Shown: positions 1 to 10,109, numbered from the stretch's first letter. The stretch: DNA of 38,977 nucleotides from Candidatus Dadabacteria bacterium (GCA_004356555.1 SMWY01000091.1:1-38977); one strand, 5' to 3'. Program-made: numbers and translations. The notes: generated from the letters alone by a model not told the origin.

Positions 1-399
1 AGACTGTTTATTGACATCGATACCGAATTTGCGCACTTCCTCGGGAACTCTAGGAATTCCGAGCTGAACTCTGTTTTGTACATCCACGGCTGCGATATCG
101 AGATCATAACCTATCTCAAATGTAACGTTAATAGACATTGTACCGTCATCAGAGCTGTCCGAGGATATATACGTCATACCCTCAACGCCGTTTATCTGCT
201 GCTCTAAGGGAACGGTTACGGTCTGCTCTACCACTTCCGAGCTAGCGCCGGTATAGGTAGCAGATACATTCACTGTAGGGGGACTAATCTCGGGGAATTG
301 CGCGATAGGCAAAATGGGTATGGAAATCGCGCCTATCAGCGTAATTAGTATTGCGATAACAGTTGCTAGTACCGGACGGTTAATAAAAAAATCAACCAA
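1..399 (-). CDS. RND efflux permease, HAE1 (AcrB/MexB-like) family, N-terminal part only (runs off the window)
   Basis: Not in the ORF track. Manual translation from TTG at 399 gives MVDFFINRPVLATVIAILITLIGAISIPILPIAQFPEISPPTVNVSATYTGASSEVVEQTVTVPLEQQINGVEGM, a typical AcrB-type N-terminus. A GAGGAG RBS lies upstream and the gene follows the MFP gene. Confidence 0.95.
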   Translation of the reverse strand, partial: MVDFFINRPVLATVIAILITLIGAISIPILPIAQFPEISPPTVNVSATYTGASSEVVEQTVTVPLEQQINGVEGMTYISSDSSDDGTMSINVTFEIGYDLDIAAVDVQNRVQLGIPRVPEEVRKFGIDVNKQS

Positions 400-430
400 T
401 CTTTATTTCTCCTCTATTCACTAAAAGAGC

Positions 431-1621
431 TTACTTATCTTTCTTGCCTGTCGGTTTAGGCGAAGCTATGGCTTTTTCCTTTGCTGCTGCCTCCGCTTGC
501 GTCTCGGTCTTTACAGTCACGCCGGGTTTAATCTTTTGAAGCCCATTAACAACTACTCTTTCTCCAACCTTTACACCCTTTTCAATAACCCTCAATTTAC
601 CATAACTGCTTCCTGCAGTTACATTCCTAAATTCTGCTTTATTATCATTGCCAACTACATAAACATATGTATCTCCCTGCTGCTCGCCTACTGCCTGCGA
701 TGGAACTACAAGAGTGTTAGGCTGTTCCTCTAAAAGGAGCTGTACCTTTACGTATTGGCCTGGAATAACTGTTTTTGATGTATTACCAACAATACCCCTT
801 AAAGTTATAGTTCCCATAGTCATGTCAACTTGATTATCCACAAAATCAATTGTTCCATCCTCAGGATGCTTGCTTTCATCAGAAAAAACTATACTAAATG
901 TCAAAGGCTTTATATTCTGCTGCTTAAGTATTTCAGGAATATCACGCTCAGCTACATTGAAATAAACATAGATTGGATCAAGCTGAACAATAGTTGCAAG
1001 TAATGTAGCTTCACCGCCAGCTCCTACCAGGTTGCCTACATCAACAAGTCTTCTACCAATACGCCCATTAAAAGGGGCATACATAGTACAGTAACTCAAA
1101 TCGAGTTTAGCTTGAACTACATTAGCTCGGTCGGCCTCAACTATGGCCTGGGCTTCGGTGGCCTGAGTCAGATATTCATCATAGGCGTCCCTCGTAATGT
1201 AGTCTTTTTCTACAAGTGATTTGTAACGACTTACCTGCTCTCTTGCGTAGGAAAGTGCAGCCAGATCTTCCGCCAATTGTGCTTCAGCCGCTATAAGTGC
1301 GGCTTCAAAAGGTCTTGGGTCTATTACGAATAGCAAGTCCCCCTTTTTAACATCGGCTCCGTCTTTAAAAGCCCTTTCTACGAGAAACCCCTCGACCCTG
1401 GCATTTATATCCACCTTCTCTATTGATTGAAGCGTACCAACATAGTCTAGATAAATCGGGACTGTCTCCGATTTTACCTCGGCTACTGTAACAGTCATCT
1501 CAGTTGTAGATTTATCTTTGTCGCTCTTACCACAGCTCATCAAACTCACAGTAAGTAGAACTATCACTACAATGGCAAGAAGAAAACTTTTTGAAGAGAT
1601 ATTAGTATTAATTTTCCTCAT
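431..1621 (-). CDS. RND efflux periplasmic adaptor (MFP), predicted lipoprotein
   Basis: Lipobox LMSC; motifs INARVEG, VKKGDLLFVIDPRPF, APFNGRIG, VQLDPIYVYF. Lies between the OMF and RND genes. Confidence 0.95.
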   Translation of the reverse strand: MRKINTNISSKSFLLAIVVIVLLTVSLMSCGKSDKDKSTTEMTVTVAEVKSETVPIYLDYVGTLQSIEKVDINARVEGFLVERAFKDGADVKKGDLLFVIDPRPFEAALIAAEAQLAEDLAALSYAREQVSRYKSLVEKDYITRDAYDEYLTQATEAQAIVEADRANVVQAKLDLSYCTMYAPFNGRIGRRLVDVGNLVGAGGEATLLATIVQLDPIYVYFNVAERDIPEILKQQNIKPLTFSIVFSDESKHPEDGTIDFVDNQVDMTMGTITLRGIVGNTSKTVIPGQYVKVQLLLEEQPNTLVVPSQAVGEQQGDTYVYVVGNDNKAEFRNVTAGSSYGKLRVIEKGVKVGERVVVNGLQKIKPGVTVKTETQAEAAAKEKAIASPKPTGKKDK

Positions 1622-3125
1622 ATATTAACTCCTCTCCTCCACTTTCTGAATTAATAATTACTTCCTCCTCAATTACAACTTCCTCCGGAGAAGGAATGTC
1701 AGTGCCCATTGCGTTTATCAGATTTGCATAGGATGTAAATACATCCGTCGTATTTTGCACCTGCTCTGCCCGTGCCTCAGCAAGCGTAGTTTGCGCGTTC
1801 AAGAGTTCTATTATGTCACCGACACCCGAGCGGAAACGTGTAAGGGATGCATCGTAAGATTCTATTGAACTTACAAGCAGCACATCCGCCGCCTCTACTG
1901 ATTGAACTGCTGTACGGAATTTATAATATGAGTTCCAGATTTCATCAATAACAATCTGCTCTTGCAGTCTTAAAGAGGCACGGGCAGATTCAAGCTCAGC
2001 ACTAGCCTGCCGCACTGCATTTATTAATGTAAATCCCTGAAAAATAGGAACTTGAAGCTGAACGCCTAATAGGTAATTCGTAAAATATTCGCTTGATTCT
2101 CCATCAGGCCTTACCCAGAATCTAAAAACTTGTGCTGTTGCAGAAATATCGGGGGAAAATTCAGATTTAGCTTCTCTTAACTCAGCTTCTTTCTCCCTGA
2201 CTGAAGCTTGAACGGCAGCCAGTGCTGGCCTGTTTTTCATACCAATGTCTATTAGATCATTAACGTTATCCCTTAAGGCTTCTAGCGGTAATTCACCTAC
2301 CTGTTTAGATACATCAAAATCCGTATTAGCCGGCCACCCGACCGAGGTCGCCAGGTTTCCACGGAAGATTTCCACATCCCCCCTATCTTCGACAAAGTTA
2401 AGCTGAATCTGGGCTAAAGTAGCCCTTGCTTGCAAAACGTCTGGGAGGGTTCCAACACCAGCTTCCAGTCTTAGCTCTGCAGCCTCAAGGCTGGTCTGCG
2501 CTTCTTCAAGATTAGTTTCATCTGCTATTACAAGAGCCTTACCGCCTATGTAGGTATAAAAGTTAACAGCAACTTCGTTTAAAACATTTTGAATTGCCTG
2601 ATTCTGATTCCAATTGGCATTTAAGAGAGCTAGTCTGGCGGCATCTATTTCTGCCTCTCGACCTCCAAAATCAAGCAGAAGATAGTTAAGAGAAAGCCCA
2701 ATATTCCCATATTGTTCATCAAATGCAGCACCACCTGTTGAAGATCCCCCATCTCTTGCGTAAAAGTACCCGGCAGATCCGGAAATCTGAGGATAGTACA
2801 GTCCTCGTGCTTCTGCCCAGGCGGCAGCCGTAGCTCTTGCGTCTTCCCATGCTATCTGAGTAGTCGGGTTATTTGCAAGCGCAATATCTACCAGTTGGGA
2901 AAGAGTCATATTATCAACATCTGCTTCAAGTTCTTCCTGTATCGTAGGCAATTCTTCAAGGTCAAAAGCCTTTTCACGTTCTTCTTCAGTTGGTTCCCAT
3001 TCTTCTCCAGGGGACGGCGAAGCCTCTTTGTAAGGGTCGAATTCAGGAGCTCCGTATGAACAGGAAATCAAGAAGAAAGCAAATAAGATTGCGCAGTACT
3101 GGCAAACAGATTTTGATTTAAACAA
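1608..3125 (-). CDS. TolC-family outer membrane factor, predicted lipoprotein
   Basis: TTG start with GGTGGGG RBS; lipobox LISC; two OEP-like repeats (LVDIALANNP, LLLDFGGR, QVPIFQGF, FRSGVGDIIELLNAQ). Overlaps the MFP start by 14 bp. Confidence 0.92.
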   Translation of the reverse strand: MFKSKSVCQYCAILFAFFLISCSYGAPEFDPYKEASPSPGEEWEPTEEEREKAFDLEELPTIQEELEADVDNMTLSQLVDIALANNPTTQIAWEDARATAAAWAEARGLYYPQISGSAGYFYARDGGSSTGGAAFDEQYGNIGLSLNYLLLDFGGREAEIDAARLALLNANWNQNQAIQNVLNEVAVNFYTYIGGKALVIADETNLEEAQTSLEAAELRLEAGVGTLPDVLQARATLAQIQLNFVEDRGDVEIFRGNLATSVGWPANTDFDVSKQVGELPLEALRDNVNDLIDIGMKNRPALAAVQASVREKEAELREAKSEFSPDISATAQVFRFWVRPDGESSEYFTNYLLGVQLQVPIFQGFTLINAVRQASAELESARASLRLQEQIVIDEIWNSYYKFRTAVQSVEAADVLLVSSIESYDASLTRFRSGVGDIIELLNAQTTLAEARAEQVQNTTDVFTSYANLINAMGTDIPSPEEVVIEEEVIINSESGGEELIYEEN

Positions 3126-3208
3126 ATTTAATCCCCACCTAACAACAAGTGTAAGAAGTTCTAAACTGTTGCGCCTACGTTCCTTTAAAAAAAATATGAT
3201 AATTAGAA

Positions 3209-3237
3209 ATAATAATATCCTACTTAAACTATTGCAA
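3209..3237 (-). promoter_or_regulatory. Candidate sigma70 promoter of the efflux operon
   Basis: Minus strand TTGCAA-N17-TATTAT, about 85 bp upstream of the OMF start. Confidence 0.45.
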
Positions 3238-3288
3238 GATACCTAGTTTAATTTCAGGCTGTATTAAGACGAAGGTCCAAAGTTCAAC

Positions 3289-4083
3289 TCAAGATTTAGT
3301 ATAACTACTGGATTTTATAAGATCATTCAATTTTTGCCCGGGATCCGGAGCTTTCATAAAGGTCTCCCCAATTAGAAAGACGTGTACTCCCTCACTTCTT
3401 AATCTATCTATATCTTCTATAGAGCTTATCCCGCTTTCGGCAATAACAATCTTATCTCGCGGAATTTTTTTGGAAAGATTAATCGATACATTAAGATCGA
3501 CATCAAAAGTTCTTAAATCTCTGTTATTAATGCCTATTATTCTCCCTCCGGCATCAAGCGCCCTTTCTAGCTCCACATCATCATGAACTTCAACAATAGC
3601 GTTCATCTGAAGGGAGTGTGTAAGATCAAGAAGCTCCTTTAAAACTGATGGATCTAATGCTGCTACTATAAGCAGAATCGCGTCTGCTCCGAAAAGCCTT
3701 GCTTCATAAACCTGATACGGATCAATAATGAAATCCTTTCTAAGAAGGGGGGTTTCTAACTGCGCTCTGATATTCTTAAGATGTAACAAGCTACCTCTGA
3801 AATATTTCTCATCGGTTAGAACGGATATAGCCGACGCACCACCGCGGCTATAACTCTTAGCAATTTGAACAGGGTCAAAATCATCCCTAAAAACACCCTT
3901 TGAAGGGGAGGCGTGTTTAACCTCTGAGATTATTTTTAATTTGCCGTTAGGTTTTATTGCATTAAAGAAATTTCTTGAAGGAAGAGCATCTTTAATCTGC
4001 TCTAGTATAAGTTCTAAAGGAAGGGAGTTTTTTGACTCCTTAACTTCAATTGTTTTATTAAGAATGATATCGTCAAGAATCAT
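3289..4083 (-). CDS. trpC: Indole-3-glycerol phosphate synthase
   Basis: ISEVKHASPSKG, ISVLTDEKYFRG, LLRKDFIIDPYQ, IGINNRDLRTF, AESGI. Confidence 0.98.
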   Translation of the reverse strand: MILDDIILNKTIEVKESKNSLPLELILEQIKDALPSRNFFNAIKPNGKLKIISEVKHASPSKGVFRDDFDPVQIAKSYSRGGASAISVLTDEKYFRGSLLHLKNIRAQLETPLLRKDFIIDPYQVYEARLFGADAILLIVAALDPSVLKELLDLTHSLQMNAIVEVHDDVELERALDAGGRIIGINNRDLRTFDVDLNVSINLSKKIPRDKIVIAESGISSIEDIDRLRSEGVHVFLIGETFMKAPDPGQKLNDLIKSSSYTKS

Positions 4084-4108
4084 TAAGAGAATCCCTGTTA
4101 AGCACTCT

Positions 4109-5128
4109 TTATTGTTTAGTAAACTTTATAAATTCATTTAATTTGGCAAGAGCTTTACCTGAGTCCAAAGACTCTACCGCTCGCTCAAAGGCTTGATTCA
4201 TATCGGAGTCTCCTTGTTGAGAGACATAAATGGCTGCTGCCGCATTAAGAAGCGCAATATCACGCTTCCCTTCTTTTTCCTCACCCTTAAATATTGATAA
4301 GATGATTTGGGCGTTTTCTTCAGCGTTTCGGCCACCTTTTAACTCATCTAACTGCCTCTTCTTGAGTCCAAGCTCGGAAGGGTCAAACTGATACTTCTTT
4401 ACCATACCGTCTCTAAGTTCTGCTACAATGGTTTTGCCCGTTACGGTAAACTCGTCCATGGAATCAGATCCATGAACAACCATGGCACTACTATGTCCTA
4501 GATTTCTTAGAACTTTCACTATTGGATCCAATAGAACTTCTGAGTAAACACCTATTACTTGATGTTTAACCCTGGCAGGATTGGCAAGGGGTCCTAATAT
4601 ATTAAAAATGGTTCTAATGCCGATTTCTTTTCTTGGTACCGCAACATTTTTCATTGCAGGATGATATATAGGAGCAAAAAGAAAAACAATTCCAATCTCC
4701 GCCAAACAATTCTGAGCTACATCTGTCGAATAATCAATATTAGCTCCAAGCGCTTCAAGCACATCAGCACTACCAACAGGGCTTGAAACCGAACGGTTGC
4801 CGTGCTTTGCTACAGGGACTCCAGTTCCGGCCACAATGAAGGAAGCTGCAGTCGATACATTGAACGTTCCATGAGAATCTCCTCCTGTTCCACAGAGATC
4901 AACTACACCATCCATAGAAGATTCAATTTTATTCGCCTTGTCGAGCATTACTTTGGCAGCTCCTGTAATCTCTGAAACCGCCTCACCCTTCATTCTCAAA
5001 CCGGTTAAGAAAGATGCTATCTGACTAGGTGTTGCCCTACCCTCCATTATCTCCTCGATAACTTCGGACATTTCCTCTTCTTCCAGATCTATACGCTCAA
5101 CCACTTTATTTATTGCTTCAGTTATCAT
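4109..5128 (-). CDS. trpD: Anthranilate phosphoribosyltransferase
   Basis: DLCGTGGD, FNVST, VAKHGNRSVSS..GSADVLEALG, RTIFNILGPLANP. Confidence 0.98.
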   Translation of the reverse strand: MITEAINKVVERIDLEEEEMSEVIEEIMEGRATPSQIASFLTGLRMKGEAVSEITGAAKVMLDKANKIESSMDGVVDLCGTGGDSHGTFNVSTAASFIVAGTGVPVAKHGNRSVSSPVGSADVLEALGANIDYSTDVAQNCLAEIGIVFLFAPIYHPAMKNVAVPRKEIGIRTIFNILGPLANPARVKHQVIGVYSEVLLDPIVKVLRNLGHSSAMVVHGSDSMDEFTVTGKTIVAELRDGMVKKYQFDPSELGLKKRQLDELKGGRNAEENAQIILSIFKGEEKEGKRDIALLNAAAAIYVSQQGDSDMNQAFERAVESLDSGKALAKLNEFIKFTKQ

Positions 5129-5570
5129 TTGAGAGATCCCCTTTCTCCTGAGCCATTCTTATCTTATCCAATATACCGTTAATAAATGATCCGGATTCTT
5201 CAGTACCAAATCTCTTGCCCAGCTCCACGGCCTCGTTTATGGTAACAGGAGGCGGTATATTCCTCAAGTAAAGTAGTTCATAAATTGCAATTCTTAATAT
5301 ATTCCTATCAATAGTTGCCATTCTTGTTAATCGCCAATGCTCTGAATAAGTACCGATTATCTCGTCAATGTAAGTCAAGTTTGAGCATGATCCCCTGATA
5401 AGCACACAACAAAATTCCTTTGTATCATCTTCTGGAGAAACCTCGTTCCTATCCCAAAAAAAGGACAAAAGTTCCTCTACACCTTCTGAATCAGAAGAAG
5501 ATTCTTTTAATAAATCGTATTGATAAAGAAATTGGAGCGCAAGCTCCCTGGCCCGTCTCCGTGTACCCAT
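5118..5570 (-). CDS. nusB: Transcription antitermination factor NusB
   Basis: RRRARELALQFLYQ, IDRNILR, INEAVELGKRFG, FINGILD; usual position after ribH. Confidence 0.98.
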   Translation of the reverse strand: MGTRRRARELALQFLYQYDLLKESSSDSEGVEELLSFFWDRNEVSPEDDTKEFCCVLIRGSCSNLTYIDEIIGTYSEHWRLTRMATIDRNILRIAIYELLYLRNIPPPVTINEAVELGKRFGTEESGSFINGILDKIRMAQEKGDLSNDN

Positions 5571-5581
5571 ATGGAAGGATT

Positions 5582-6058
5582 TTACCTTTTTCGAGAAAGT
5601 ATTTTGGTAAGGTTTGCCATCTCAATTGCTGAAAACGCAGCATCTGCGCCTCTATTGCCGGCTTTAGAACCTGCTCTCTCTATAGCCTGCTCAAGTGTTT
5701 CAGTAGTTATGACACCTGAGGAAACAGGGATACCTTGTTCCAGTCCGATAGAAGCCAGATGCCCGGTAACCGTATAAGCCAAAAATTCGAAATGCGAAGT
5801 TTGGCCTCTTATAATAGCACCAAGAGCAATTATGGCATTGTATTTTTTTGATTCCGCAGCTTTTTTAACAGCAAATAACAACTCGAAAGATCCCGGAACC
5901 TTAATTATATCAATATCTTTGTCAGAAGCGTTGTGTCTGTTGAGCACATCAATCGCTCCACTCATAAGCCTTTGTGTTATAAAATCGTTAAATCTGCTTA
6001 CAACTACCGCAAATTTAAGCCCCTTGGCATCAAGCTTAGCTTCATATATCTGAGGCAT
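5582..6058 (-). CDS. ribH: 6,7-dimethyl-8-ribityllumazine synthase
   Basis: VVSRFNDFIT, VPGSFEL, LGAIIRGQTSHFE, QAIERAGSKAGNRG. Confidence 0.98.
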   Translation of the reverse strand: MPQIYEAKLDAKGLKFAVVVSRFNDFITQRLMSGAIDVLNRHNASDKDIDIIKVPGSFELLFAVKKAAESKKYNAIIALGAIIRGQTSHFEFLAYTVTGHLASIGLEQGIPVSSGVITTETLEQAIERAGSKAGNRGADAAFSAIEMANLTKILSRKR

Positions 6059-6073
6059 AAAAAAACCTCCTCC

Positions 6074-7282
6074 TCAATCGACCATTGACAGAAGGTGACC
6101 AAGTTTATCCTTCTTAACTTTTAAATAACTAGAATTTCTTCTATTCGGAGGAATTTCAATTGGCACCCTCTCTACTATCTGAAGCCCAAAGCCTTCAAGT
6201 CCTTTTATCTTTTTAGGATTATTCGTAAGGAGCCTCATCTTCCTGACACCTAAATCCCTCAGTATCTGAGAACCTATACCGTAATCCCTAAGATCAGGCT
6301 TAAATCCAAGCACTTCATTAGCTTCAACTGTATCAAAACCATCGTCCTGAAGCGCATAGGCTTTAATTTTGTTAACCAGCCCAATACCTCTTCCCTCTTG
6401 TCTCATGTAGAGAATAACCCCGGAACCTTCTTCTTCTATCATTTTCATAGCCTGTTTGATCTGAGGCCCGCAGTCACATCTAAGAGATCCGAATACATCG
6501 CTTGTTAAGCACTCTGAATGTACTCTTACAAGTACGCCATTATCCGAGGATATTTCCCCTTTAACGAATGCTACATGGTGTTGAGGATCTATGTCGCTTT
6601 CATATACAATTGTCGTAAATTCACCAAATTCCGTTGGAATAACGGCTGAAGCCGCCCTTCTTACAAGGCTTTCAGCTCTAAGCCGGTAGCTAATTAAATC
6701 TGCTATTGACGCAATATTAATATCGTGCATTTTCGCAAATTCTTCTAAATCCGGAAGCCTTGCCATACCTCCGTCATCATTCATGATCTCACAAATAACA
6801 GCAGCAGGTCTAAGCCCGGCCATCCTGGAAAGATCAACAGAACCTTCTGTATGTCCTGCTCTAACCAGAGCTCCCCCAGGTCTTGAGATCAGAGGGAATA
6901 TGTGTCCGGGACGTATGAAATCTTGAGGTCTTGCATCCAGAGATATTGCTAAGTTCACGGTACAAGCCCGATCAAAGGCTGATATACCTGTAGTAACTCC
7001 CTGAACTGCATCTATAGATATTGTAAATGCGGTATGTAGAGGAACAGGATTATATTCAGGTTTGATGGGCTGAAGCCCTATTTGGTCTGCATTATCCTTT
7101 GTTAAGGCTAAACATATCAAACCTCTGCCGTGTTTGGCCATAAAATTTATGATCTCGGCATCCGCATATTCAGCGGCAACAACTAAATCGCCTTCATTTT
7201 CTCTATCCTTGTCATCAACAAGAATCACCATTTTCCCGTTTTTTATATCAGAAACGGCTTCTTCAATTGTACAAATGGGCAT
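6074..7282 (-). CDS. ribBA: Bifunctional DHBP synthase / GTP cyclohydrolase II
   Basis: DDKDRENEGD, RAGHTE and CEIMNDDG (RibB); RVHSECLTSDVFGSLRCDCG, QEGRGIG and LLTNNP (RibA). Confidence 0.98.
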   Translation of the reverse strand: MPICTIEEAVSDIKNGKMVILVDDKDRENEGDLVVAAEYADAEIINFMAKHGRGLICLALTKDNADQIGLQPIKPEYNPVPLHTAFTISIDAVQGVTTGISAFDRACTVNLAISLDARPQDFIRPGHIFPLISRPGGALVRAGHTEGSVDLSRMAGLRPAAVICEIMNDDGGMARLPDLEEFAKMHDINIASIADLISYRLRAESLVRRAASAVIPTEFGEFTTIVYESDIDPQHHVAFVKGEISSDNGVLVRVHSECLTSDVFGSLRCDCGPQIKQAMKMIEEEGSGVILYMRQEGRGIGLVNKIKAYALQDDGFDTVEANEVLGFKPDLRDYGIGSQILRDLGVRKMRLLTNNPKKIKGLEGFGLQIVERVPIEIPPNRRNSSYLKVKKDKLGHLLSMVD

Positions 7283-7369
7283 TATATGTTTTTCACCCCT
7301 TAATTTATTACTTTAACTTATTACATCAAATTATTACATCTCCCCTATCAAAAGGGTTACCCAACGTAC

Positions 7370-7397
7370 AATATAAGCAACACACTAATTTTGTCAA
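7370..7397 (-). promoter_or_regulatory. Candidate sigma70 promoter of the rib-nusB-trp operon
   Basis: Minus strand TTGACA-N16-TATATT (perfect -35), about 90 bp upstream of ribBA. Confidence 0.55.
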
Positions 7398-7492
7398 ATA
7401 AAGTCGGGACTCGTTCTTTAGCTAAAAATAAGGCCTGTAATATTAAGAATCGATTATAATCAAAGCCCAACTTTAAACTATTCAAGCCTAAT

Positions 7493-8500
7493 TCATTGTA
7501 TTTTAAGATTATTCACTAGATCTGAAAAAGTCTGGTTATAGTATATCTTTTTATCAGGAAAAACAATAAATACGCCGATCTCGGGGTGCTCTTTTAGGAA
7601 ATCGAGGGCTTTATCCCTCCCCATTATAAATAGTGCCGTAGCATAGGCATCAGCAAAAGTACTGCTTCCCTCTAGAACCACGGTTAAGCTTAAGAAGTCA
7701 CTCCCGGGCTTACCGCTCTCAGGAACAATCAGATGATGGTAGACCTCCCCTTTTACATTAACAGATCGCTCGTAACTACCGCTTGTAGAAATTGCTAAAT
7801 TATGACCTCCTGTTGTAAAAGTAGCTATTGCCCGGGGACTCCCAGGATTTTTGATCGCTATCTCCATCTCATTCCCAAAAACTTTCAAGTCGCCCGAAAG
7901 AGACACTACCCCACGCTTAATACCCCTTTCTTTAAGAACAGTCACTGCTTTCTCTACAGCGTACCCTTTCCCTATACCGCCCAAATCTATCATCATGCCC
8001 TTTCTTTTCAGATATACACTGTCACCATCTATGATAAGATCTTTGTAGTTAACTAGGGATTTGGCTTTATCTATGTTTTCGATGTTGGGCTCGTCATCAC
8101 TTTCTCTCCCGAATCTATAAACGCCAATAGTCAATGCTCCAATGGTAGGATCAAAGACCCCGCCAGTCTCAGACGCTATGTTCTTGGCTATTTCGAGAAC
8201 CTCTATTACTTGAGGGTTAACCTTAACGGCTTTTTCCCCCGCCATATTATTAATTTCTGAGATTTCGCTTTTAGGGTTATAGTCAGAGAGCAAATTATCA
8301 AGCTTCTTAATCTCTGAGAAAGCAGCATCAACATCCTTATTGTTTCCGCCGTAAATAAGAACTCGGGCGTAAGTTCCCATTTGGAACTGAACTCTTTCAA
8401 TCGGCTCCAAATTATGTGGCGAACCCGCACAGGAAATACAAATAAATATAGAAATTATAAGAGTGCGAATTCCCGGATCCCTCATATTACAATATCTCAT
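7493..8500 (-). CDS. apbE: FAD:protein FMN transferase (ApbE/Ftp), predicted lipoprotein; start could be the second Met
   Basis: MGT, SEISEIN, FDPTIG, IDLGGIGKGYAV, ISTSGSYER, YHHLIVP, ADAYATALF; hydrophobic signal ending ISC. Confidence 0.95.
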   Translation of the reverse strand: MRYCNMRDPGIRTLIISIFICISCAGSPHNLEPIERVQFQMGTYARVLIYGGNNKDVDAAFSEIKKLDNLLSDYNPKSEISEINNMAGEKAVKVNPQVIEVLEIAKNIASETGGVFDPTIGALTIGVYRFGRESDDEPNIENIDKAKSLVNYKDLIIDGDSVYLKRKGMMIDLGGIGKGYAVEKAVTVLKERGIKRGVVSLSGDLKVFGNEMEIAIKNPGSPRAIATFTTGGHNLAISTSGSYERSVNVKGEVYHHLIVPESGKPGSDFLSLTVVLEGSSTFADAYATALFIMGRDKALDFLKEHPEIGVFIVFPDKKIYYNQTFSDLVNNLKIQ

Positions 8501-8789
8501 GGTGCTTTCTAAATTATATTTGATTTAGAGGAAATTGTAATTTTTATTCCTTGAAAGACTAATAAATATCAATTTTAGCTATAATTAGAGTTATTTGAGA
8601 TAAATTTTACAAAACTTTGTCACAATTCAAACCTGTAAATTGAAATAGAGCAGTAACGAATGAGATTATGCTATAAAACCGTCTAATTAGTATTGACTTA
8701 GCAATAAGAAAGCATTAGTTTTTTCAATAACTCAAATGTCGTAATAAGTTTTTATCATTATTAATTTCCCTTGGGATAAAAATATAGAA

Positions 8790-10109
8790 ATGGTTATAGA
8801 ATGTGAGAATTGCAAGCGTAAATTTAGGCTAGATGATTCTAGAATTCAACCTCCTGGAAGCAGTGTCATGTGCTCTAAATGCGGGCATATATTCTTTGTA
8901 TCGAAAGCAGAAGATTTTAGTGATGAGAGCAAGTTAGAGCCGTCTCAAGAAACACTTTTGTTCGAGGATTTGAAGGAAGAAATTGTTACGGAAGAAAAAA
9001 GTAATGACTATCTTGAAATAGAAGAGCCTCTTTCCGGAGGTTCATCTGATATAACTCAAGCCGAAATGAGTATAAGAAAAGAGACAGATGAGACAGATAG
9101 TGACATAGTTGATTTACCAACCGAACACGACGAGAATCTGGAAGAGTTTATAGAGAAAAACATAGCAGAAGATAATAAAGCTGATATTCAATCAGAAAAG
9201 TTACAGGGTTTAGAAGAGCAGGAAACAAATTTTGACTTGGAACAAACAGATTCCAAGCAAGAAACGAAAGACTCTATACAGTCAGCACCTGAATTATTTG
9301 AAGCTGGAGATAACGAAGAAAGCGGTATAGTTAGCAATGAGCTTTACACAGAAATTAACTTAGAAGAAGAGAGTTCTCAAGAAATAGCGACAGCAAGTCT
9401 TGATAATATCCCTAATGAGGATATGAACATCGTCACTAATATAGGCGAAGAAGAATTTGATCAACCATATAATGAAATGTCCGAATCTACGTCAAGAACT
9501 CATATCCCAAAATCCGGAGCCGGATTTTTTGCCAAGATAATTTATACGTTTATTACAATAGCAGCTTTATTTGTTATATTTATTGCAAGCCTAGTTATCT
9601 TAATAAACGCAGAAATTCTTCCAAAGGGGACTCTTTCGAATTTAACCGCACTTGTAGAATCTATTATCCCCATAGAGTTGAATAATACTGAAACAGATAA
9701 AGTAATTATCACCGAGCATAGTGGAAGGTGGATGAATACCGTGAATGGACAGGTATATATAGTTTCCGGTTTTATAACAAATGAGTCTCAGGTTCCGGTG
9801 CATTATGTTAAGTTAAAAAGCAAATATATTGCGGCTGAGAAAATACAGTTTGAAGATATTTTCTATGCCGGCAATACGTTTACAGATAATGAGCTTAAAG
9901 TTTCTCCTATTGAGAATATCCTTTCAAAATTAAAGCAGAAAAACGGTGACATCGATGTTAACAACTCCAGAAAACTGGCGGGTCTTAATTATAATATCCA
10001 ACCCGGCGAATCTATACCTTTTTTCACTGTATTCCCCGCCGACGGCAGAATCCTCGGTTTAAAATACAATTTGCAAATTATAGGGTATAAGGATTCTTCT
10101 TCAAATTGA
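8790..10109 (+). CDS. Zinc-ribbon (MJ0042-type) / acidic linker / TM / DUF3426-like protein
   Basis: N-terminal CxxC..F.L...I...G..V.CxxC..F; long Glu/Asp-rich linker; one TM helix; C-terminal domain with YIVSGFITN and IQPGESIPF. Confidence 0.8.
   Translation: MVIECENCKRKFRLDDSRIQPPGSSVMCSKCGHIFFVSKAEDFSDESKLEPSQETLLFEDLKEEIVTEEKSNDYLEIEEPLSGGSSDITQAEMSIRKETDETDSDIVDLPTEHDENLEEFIEKNIAEDNKADIQSEKLQGLEEQETNFDLEQTDSKQETKDSIQSAPELFEAGDNEESGIVSNELYTEINLEEESSQEIATASLDNIPNEDMNIVTNIGEEEFDQPYNEMSESTSRTHIPKSGAGFFAKIIYTFITIAALFVIFIASLVILINAEILPKGTLSNLTALVESIIPIELNNTETDKVIITEHSGRWMNTVNGQVYIVSGFITNESQVPVHYVKLKSKYIAAEKIQFEDIFYAGNTFTDNELKVSPIENILSKLKQKNGDIDVNNSRKLAGLNYNIQPGESIPFFTVFPADGRILGLKYNLQIIGYKDSSSN

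Noticed and set aside
834-842. Perfect DnaA box TTATCCACA
   Set aside because: Single copy inside the MFP coding sequence (FVDNQ codons); no box cluster, unwinding element or dnaA context.
7283-7492. FMN riboswitch upstream of ribBA
   Set aside because: The leader is short and AT-rich and lacks the conserved RFN sequence blocks.
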